Shown here: piece by piece, positions 58,459 to 64,000 of the stretch
Layout of the letters: every line of letters begins with the position of its first letter
How positions within the stretch are numbered: position 1 is the stretch's first letter
Source: an uncultured archaeon
Lineage (GTDB): Archaea; Asgardarchaeota; Lokiarchaeia; Sigyniarchaeales; SOKP01
NCBI GenBank assembly: GCA_964486045.1
Contig: CAZALK010000001.1
Location: forward strand, 744,242-808,241
Direction: 5' to 3'
Length of the DNA stretch: 64,000 nucleotides
Position numbers and translations under genes: made by a program
Notes under the pieces: model-generated
What the model was told of the DNA's origin: nothing
The model's input: the letters and a program-made list of their open reading frames with translations, nothing else
The model's database searches: none

Positions 58459-60426
58459 TTATTTCTCTAAAAGTTTTTGTAATTCTTGGATTTGAATCTC
58501 AATTTTTTCTTCATATTCAATAATTTTTTTCTTTTTTTCTTCAAGTTCTTCCGCAGAAATTTCTCCCATTAGTTCTTTCATATCAAAGTCTAATTTCATT
58601 TTATATAAGTCTGCCTTCTTTAATTTTAGATCAATAAGGGTTTTTTTTGCATGTTCGGCTTGTTTTTTGTCAATAACAAGTGGTGTTTCCTCTGATTCTA
58701 TGAGTTCTTTTGAGAGTCCTTCTAAATCTTTGGATTCTTTTGGTATTTTTTCTGATTCTATGGATTCATGTTTTTCAATAGATTCTTTTATTTTTGAGGC
58801 TATGGGTGGTTGGGGTGGAGTACTTTGGCTGTTTTTTTCAAAGAGTTCGGAAGGTCGAGATGGTGATCTTACTTTTAATGATTTATCACTAACTTTACTT
58901 TCATCCGGTTTTTTTGGTTGATCTAATTCCATTTTACCTATTTGATTAGGTTCATTCTTAACATGACCGTAAGATGATGTTTTAAGTTTTGATTTAGCAC
59001 CTTTAGGGACTACTCCTATAGTTTTTGGTCTGATTTTTACCATATAATCTTCAGGATTTAATTTTAATCCTACTTTTACAACATCAGCTTTGAGGTTCTT
59101 CTCGATTATTTTATCTTGTAATCTTTTACTAGATTTTATCCATTGTCTAGAAGTATCTTGCTTTATATTTGGTGATACTGGTACCTTATCCTCTATATCT
59201 TTTTTTTGCGTTGATGTTGATGGTGGTAGTTTGGGTGCTGGAGGTAAAGCTACTTCTAAGGTTTCATTTTGGATTGAAGGTTTGGGTTTGCTAACATTTT
59301 CCGATATTTCTTCTTTTTGTGATTCTATATATTTTTCAGAATTATCGGATTCTATTGGATGCGCAGGAGTTGGCTGGGGTGCTCCAACTTGTTCTAACAT
59401 TATCTTGATTTTTTGGGATTTCTCATAAAATTCTTTCCCTAATGAATCATCTCCTAAATCTAAACATAGATAGCTAATTTTATCAAATAAAAAAGCAGCT
59501 TTTTCAAAATTTGCACTTTTTAATGACTTTGTAGCTTCTTCGATTAACTGATCTCTTTCTAATAGTGGTTTTAATAAGGGAGAGATTTCAGCACTCATTT
59601 CTAAAATATCGGCAATAATTTGAATCATTTTGTCTCGATTTTCTGGTTTCTTCGCAATCATAGAGTATGATTTTAAACCTAGAATTCTTTCTATATTAGC
59701 GGGATTTTCTGCTCCACCTAAATCTTGTTTATTTCCAATTACTGCTATGTGGGCATGAGGTGCTTGGTCTTTTATCAGTTCCAAAAAAAATTTGCTTTTT
59801 TCAACATTTACTAAAGTAGAATCCGTAATCAAAAGTACGGCATCACTTCCTTTAATGAAATTACTCCAAAGATAGCTAAATTGTTCTTGTCCAGCAAAAT
59901 CCCATAGATGAAAGTGTAATTTCCCAATTCTAACAGTAGCGATATCACCTGTAATTGTAGGTATATGTTGTATGGGTATCTCTTCCGCTCTTATTAATCG
60001 AGTTATTGTTGTTTTCCCCACTCCTGAAAATCCAACTAACGATATCTTTGGACGGAGGTTTTTATGGTTTACATCTACTATGGGATCAAAAACTTCAAAA
60101 GTTTTTGCATCAAAGCGATGTTGTAAGATTTCTTCAAATAAATCAACAAATTCCCTTCTACATTTTACTAATTCCTTTTTTATGTTCTCAAATTTATCTG
60201 TTAAGCCAGTAACAAATAAAAACACCAAGCCCAGGCTCTTTTTCGTTATATATGATACTCTAAACTTATAGTAATCATGAAATTCAACAGTATCTTCTTC
60301 ATTGAATGATTCGTCGTCCAATATTTCTGTAACAAGATAATTTAAAGCTTCATGTTTAAGTGCTTTGCCAAAATGTCTATAATATAAAAGTTCGTCTCCT
60401 TTATATATGAAAACTTGTCTTAATAT
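58459..60426 (-). CDS. Longin-like domain + Arf-like small GTPase + low-complexity linker + C-terminal coiled coil; probable ATA start
   Basis: Frame stays open 35 codons above the ORF-track start ((M)LRQVFIYKGDELLYYRHFGK); GGTGA lies 6 nt upstream of ATA 60426; GFSGVGKT, WDFAGQE and NKQD. Confidence 0.85.
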   Translation of the reverse strand: MLRQVFIYKGDELLYYRHFGKALKHEALNYLVTEILDDESFNEEDTVEFHDYYKFRVSYITKKSLGLVFLFVTGLTDKFENIKKELVKCRREFVDLFEEILQHRFDAKTFEVFDPIVDVNHKNLRPKISLVGFSGVGKTTITRLIRAEEIPIQHIPTITGDIATVRIGKLHFHLWDFAGQEQFSYLWSNFIKGSDAVLLITDSTLVNVEKSKFFLELIKDQAPHAHIAVIGNKQDLGGAENPANIERILGLKSYSMIAKKPENRDKMIQIIADILEMSAEISPLLKPLLERDQLIEEATKSLKSANFEKAAFLFDKISYLCLDLGDDSLGKEFYEKSQKIKIMLEQVGAPQPTPAHPIESDNSEKYIESQKEEISENVSKPKPSIQNETLEVALPPAPKLPPSTSTQKKDIEDKVPVSPNIKQDTSRQWIKSSKRLQDKIIEKNLKADVVKVGLKLNPEDYMVKIRPKTIGVVPKGAKSKLKTSSYGHVKNEPNQIGKMELDQPKKPDESKVSDKSLKVRSPSRPSELFEKNSQSTPPQPPIASKIKESIEKHESIESEKIPKESKDLEGLSKELIESEETPLVIDKKQAEHAKKTLIDLKLKKADLYKMKLDFDMKELMGEISAEELEEKKKKIIEYEEKIEIQIQELQKLLEK

Positions 60427-60466
60427 GATGTTTCACCAACAAAATTTAAATTAAATTCTACTGAGA

Positions 60467-60958
60467 TTACCTCGAGATGTGTCTTACTAGATCTTTAATT
60501 ATAGAATATTTCCCCTTTTTTATTTCTTCTTGTTTCAGAGTATCCCCGATTCTTGTTAATTCTTTAGAAAAATCAAACACAGAAAATTCTTTTATCTCTT
60601 CCGTTTTTGAACTCTCACTTAATTTCTTCAAAAATAAACTAATACTAGGCATAAATTTTGCTAAATTAACATTCAAATCTAATTTTGATATTAAAATCAA
60701 TTTTTTTGTGAACGAAAATAGATAATGATGTTCCTGAGCTTCTAGAGCAAATGAATTTATCTTTTTTAAATTTAACTCACTAGCGATTTGTTTTGAGTTT
60801 GAAATTAGTGAGAGTAACCCTTGAGGAATAATTTTTCCTTCAGAAAATTCTTTAATCTTCGATCCTAATATTATTCCGTACTTATTTGATATAGCACACT
60901 CCGCATTTAGATCAGATTTTAATTGCGCAATGATATCCTCGTAATTAATATTACTCAT
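60467..60958 (-). CDS. Roadblock/LC7-like domain protein
   Basis: CAISNKYGIILGS...SKQIASELNLKKINSFALE roadblock pattern; directly upstream of the GTPase. Confidence 0.65.
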   Translation of the reverse strand: MSNINYEDIIAQLKSDLNAECAISNKYGIILGSKIKEFSEGKIIPQGLLSLISNSKQIASELNLKKINSFALEAQEHHYLFSFTKKLILISKLDLNVNLAKFMPSISLFLKKLSESSKTEEIKEFSVFDFSKELTRIGDTLKQEEIKKGKYSIIKDLVRHISR

Positions 60959-61208
60959 AATTTGGAAATATTGTTTTTAAACACATAATGGAAACCTATT
61001 TATTTATATTTATTTTGTTAATAAACTCATTATTAGTCTTATCTCATTGAAGATCCTTAAAACCAAATTTGTGGTTAAATTAGTGCCTTCATAGGAAAAA
61101 ATGAGATAGAATTAAGCCTTGACTTTTTAGTATAAAAAAAGATTGCCCAATTGGTTTAAATTTGTGTATTCTAAGCACTCTAAACAAAGTTGAATCAATT
61201 AGTAACTC

Positions 61209-63512
61209 CTAAATGACCCAATAATAAGGAACTGTCTTACCATAAGCGCTTTTTGAAACATATATTCTATTCAAATAAGTTAAATTATAATACATTTCAA
61301 TTTCTTCTCCGGATAGTTGACCAAATAATTCAAAACCCGAGACTAAGAGATAATTATCTGATAGTATCAAGAAAACATCCTTTTCTAAACCAATTTTTAA
61401 TTCAATAAGTAAATTTACATCATTTTGAATATGAAAACGTGGATTAAGAAAGTCATTTGTAGCAGTACGGAAAATTAAAGTATCATTGAGTGGAATAGTT
61501 GCATTTCCTTCATTGAAGGGGTAATCATAATATATAAAAATTGAACTCCACCCGAATTCGGCAATTATAACATTTTGATTAGAACTATAGGTTGAATACC
61601 ATTGAACGGTACTAACTTCTTGTCTTGTTATACTATAAAATTCAACGGAGGAATTAAGTTCGAGATACGTTGCCAATAGAGAGAAGGTTGTTATAAAAAT
61701 TATAAAGATCTTTATTTTTAATGATTGTATTGAGTTGGTTTTTATTAATTTATAGAAATAGGATACAAATCCAATGGCAATAATAACAGATGTTAAATAA
61801 AAAATCCTAGAGAAGAAAGTGAGTGAACCTGAAATGAAATCAAAAGAAAAACCTGCTATTAAAATAATTACTAACACAAATCCCCACAGAAATAATGGTT
61901 TTCCTCGAGGTTTGAATTGGAATATAAATAATCCCCATATTGCTAATGACCAAATAATCAGTATTTCAAATCCCGTAAAAATCGTTATAATGTTAAAATT
62001 AAACAAAAAAAAATTAATAACAGCAAAAGAGGATATTAGGATTAACACTAATGCAAGAATTATGGGGAACAGGAATTTTTCCTCTATCTTTTTAAAAAAT
62101 TTATACTTTTCTCCCCGTAGTACTGAAGAATACCTACCTTTCGTAAAGTTTATGAATTTATGTGTTTGTAAGAGTACTAATCCTTCTAATATTGCTATTA
62201 TTACTATCCCAAATAAAATATACTGCCACGGTATAGATCCTAATCTAGTAAAAACAATAAAATGCCCCGTACTAATATTTAAGAGATAAAAAATAAAAAA
62301 TATACACAAACAAATACCCAATAGTATGAAATCAGAACCTCTCCTATAACTCTTAACAAAATATATCAAGTAAACCCACAAATAGGAAATTAAAAGTATT
62401 ACAGCGATTAAGGAGTGAATTAACAGGCAACTAATAAAAAACATTATGATTAAAAAGTACGAGAAAAACATATTCGATAAAATATGTCTTTTTTTTGGTA
62501 GCTTTTCTTGAATAAAAGACTGTAATCTTATATATAAAAGAAAGAATAATGCTATTCCAATGATTAAAGCAAGACTAGAAGGCCAAAACTGAAACATCAT
62601 ATTTAGGAACCCTAATGACGAAAAAAACAAAACAAAAATCCCGAATATAGCCAAATTTTTATTTCGAAAAATCCTCATTAGAAGAGTATAAACCAATAAC
62701 GAAGAAATTGGAATAGTGTAAAAAACAAAAAATCGAGGGATAAGGAAGATATCCAATCCTGAAAAAAAATGAATTACAGCCCCAAAAACATGGAATCCAA
62801 AAGTACCGAAATAATCGCTTAAAGGTAAATAATTAATATCTGTTATAAATTGAATGATTGAAATGTGCATCCAGGGATCTGTACCTACAAATGTACTGAC
62901 CCCCAAAACACCCAAAATACAAACTAAGAAGAGAAAGATAATTAAGAACACCGCGTTTGAGAATTTAAAACTTTTAATATATTCTAAAATAGAGAAATTC
63001 TCAGTAAATTCTTCTCTATAACCGTTAGTTAACTTAGATTTAAATGCATCTAGTGTTTCACTTCTTAAATTGAAAAAAAGGCTCAATAATATAACTAAAA
63101 TGAAGGTTATTACCAGTGTTAATAAAAAAAACCATTCAGTTATAGGAATTCCAAGATAGAATCCACCTATCCCAACTATAACATAAAATGATAAATTAGT
63201 TACAATTGTAAGAGCTAATTTCTCTAAGAGATTCAAATTTATTTTCTTAAATGTAATAAAAATAATCGGATAGGTTGGTAAAAATAATAAAGTAAAACAT
63301 GTACTCAGATAGACACAGAAATAAAAAATTAAATCTAGAAAAACTATTTGTGACAACCCTGAAAAAATGTTGAAATTAATAATTTTGAGAAAAATAAATA
63401 TTATGGAGATTGTAGAGATTAGTATTATGAAGAAATGAATTCTTGCCTTTAAGTAAAAGATTATATTATTTAAGTCCAATTTTCGATTTTCCATTTCAAT
63501 ATCATATTTCAA
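61209..63512 (-). CDS. Multi-pass membrane protein, possibly GT-C glycosyltransferase-like
   Basis: Many transmembrane segments and a GTDPWMH loop motif; overlaps the upstream sugar epimerase stop. Confidence 0.7.
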   Translation of the reverse strand: MKYDIEMENRKLDLNNIIFYLKARIHFFIILISTISIIFIFLKIINFNIFSGLSQIVFLDLIFYFCVYLSTCFTLLFLPTYPIIFITFKKINLNLLEKLALTIVTNLSFYVIVGIGGFYLGIPITEWFFLLTLVITFILVILLSLFFNLRSETLDAFKSKLTNGYREEFTENFSILEYIKSFKFSNAVFLIIFLFLVCILGVLGVSTFVGTDPWMHISIIQFITDINYLPLSDYFGTFGFHVFGAVIHFFSGLDIFLIPRFFVFYTIPISSLLVYTLLMRIFRNKNLAIFGIFVLFFSSLGFLNMMFQFWPSSLALIIGIALFFLLYIRLQSFIQEKLPKKRHILSNMFFSYFLIIMFFISCLLIHSLIAVILLISYLWVYLIYFVKSYRRGSDFILLGICLCIFFIFYLLNISTGHFIVFTRLGSIPWQYILFGIVIIAILEGLVLLQTHKFINFTKGRYSSVLRGEKYKFFKKIEEKFLFPIILALVLILISSFAVINFFLFNFNIITIFTGFEILIIWSLAIWGLFIFQFKPRGKPLFLWGFVLVIILIAGFSFDFISGSLTFFSRIFYLTSVIIAIGFVSYFYKLIKTNSIQSLKIKIFIIFITTFSLLATYLELNSSVEFYSITRQEVSTVQWYSTYSSNQNVIIAEFGWSSIFIYYDYPFNEGNATIPLNDTLIFRTATNDFLNPRFHIQNDVNLLIELKIGLEKDVFLILSDNYLLVSGFELFGQLSGEEIEMYYNLTYLNRIYVSKSAYGKTVPYYWVI

Positions 63513-64000
63513 TCAATTTCTAAATCAATTTGATACTTAGCGCAATACCATTTTAGATAATTCTTTAAACCCTGCTCTTGAATATACTCCGGCTCGAAGT
63601 TAATTAATTTTTTTGCTTTAGTTATGTCAGCATAACTATGTAGAATATCTCCTTGCCGAGGATCTGTATAAGTCAAGTTTAAATTTTCTTTATTTGTTAT
63701 TTTAAGCATCAACTTTGCAAGTTCAACTAATTTGATTGGTGAATTTGCCCCAATATTAAATATCTCGCCAGTAGTATCGAATTTTGCTGCTAATAAATTT
63801 GCCCGAACAACATCTTTAATGTAGGTGAAATCTCTAGAATTTTGCCCATCACCAAAAATTATAAGATCCTCATTTCGAATTATTCTCCCAAGCCAGATAG
63901 CTATAACTCCACTGTAAGTCGAATCTTTTTGTCTCGGTCCATATACATTAAAATATCTTAAAATTGTAGTATTTAATCCATAAAGTTGGCTATATACTTG
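63509..64000 (-). CDS. NAD-dependent nucleotide-sugar epimerase/dehydratase (partial, 5' end outside the window)
   Basis: LRYFNVYGPRQ, FGDGQNSRDFTYIKDVV, FNIG and RQGDILHSYADI. Confidence 0.93.
   Translation of the reverse strand, partial: QVYSQLYGLNTTILRYFNVYGPRQKDSTYSGVIAIWLGRIIRNEDLIIFGDGQNSRDFTYIKDVVRANLLAAKFDTTGEIFNIGANSPIKLVELAKLMLKITNKENLNLTYTDPRQGDILHSYADITKAKKLINFEPEYIQEQGLKNYLKWYCAKYQIDLEID

Noticed and set aside
1-64000. CRISPR arrays, IS elements, integrases and rRNA genes
   Set aside because: No spaced direct repeats, transposase or integrase motifs, or rRNA-like sequence were seen, including beside the two tRNAs.

Overview
AT-rich archaeal genomic DNA, most consistent with an Asgard archaeon of the Lokiarchaeia type. 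The evidence is a Rab-like GTPase, a roadblock plus longin-GTPase pair, eukaryote-like ubiquitin E1 and E2 enzymes, eS30, a GPN-loop GTPase, methanofuran genes mfnE/mfnF, BHB-intron tRNAs and eukaryote-type 3'-UTR SECIS elements. The main result is hidden from the ORF track: two nearby selenophosphate synthetase (selD) paralogs each have an in-frame UGA (Sec) at codon 18 and a SECIS-like structure directly after the stop. The second selD is interrupted by a 30-nt tRNA-type (bulge-helix-bulge/loop) intron at 15030-15059. Canonical endonuclease cleavage of it restores exactly the WPLIGGE sequence of the intron-less paralog, and the intron carries its own in-frame UGA. The window also holds tRNA-Trp with three introns, tRNA-Tyr with two, a candidate ~180-nt structured ncRNA with promoter and terminator, an adaptin-like HEAT/PCI/appendage protein, an IFT52-like GIFT-domain protein, a 2121-aa 18-repeat helical protein, two genes that appear to start at ATA/ATT, and three disrupted genes. 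All calls were made by eye; no database searches were run.
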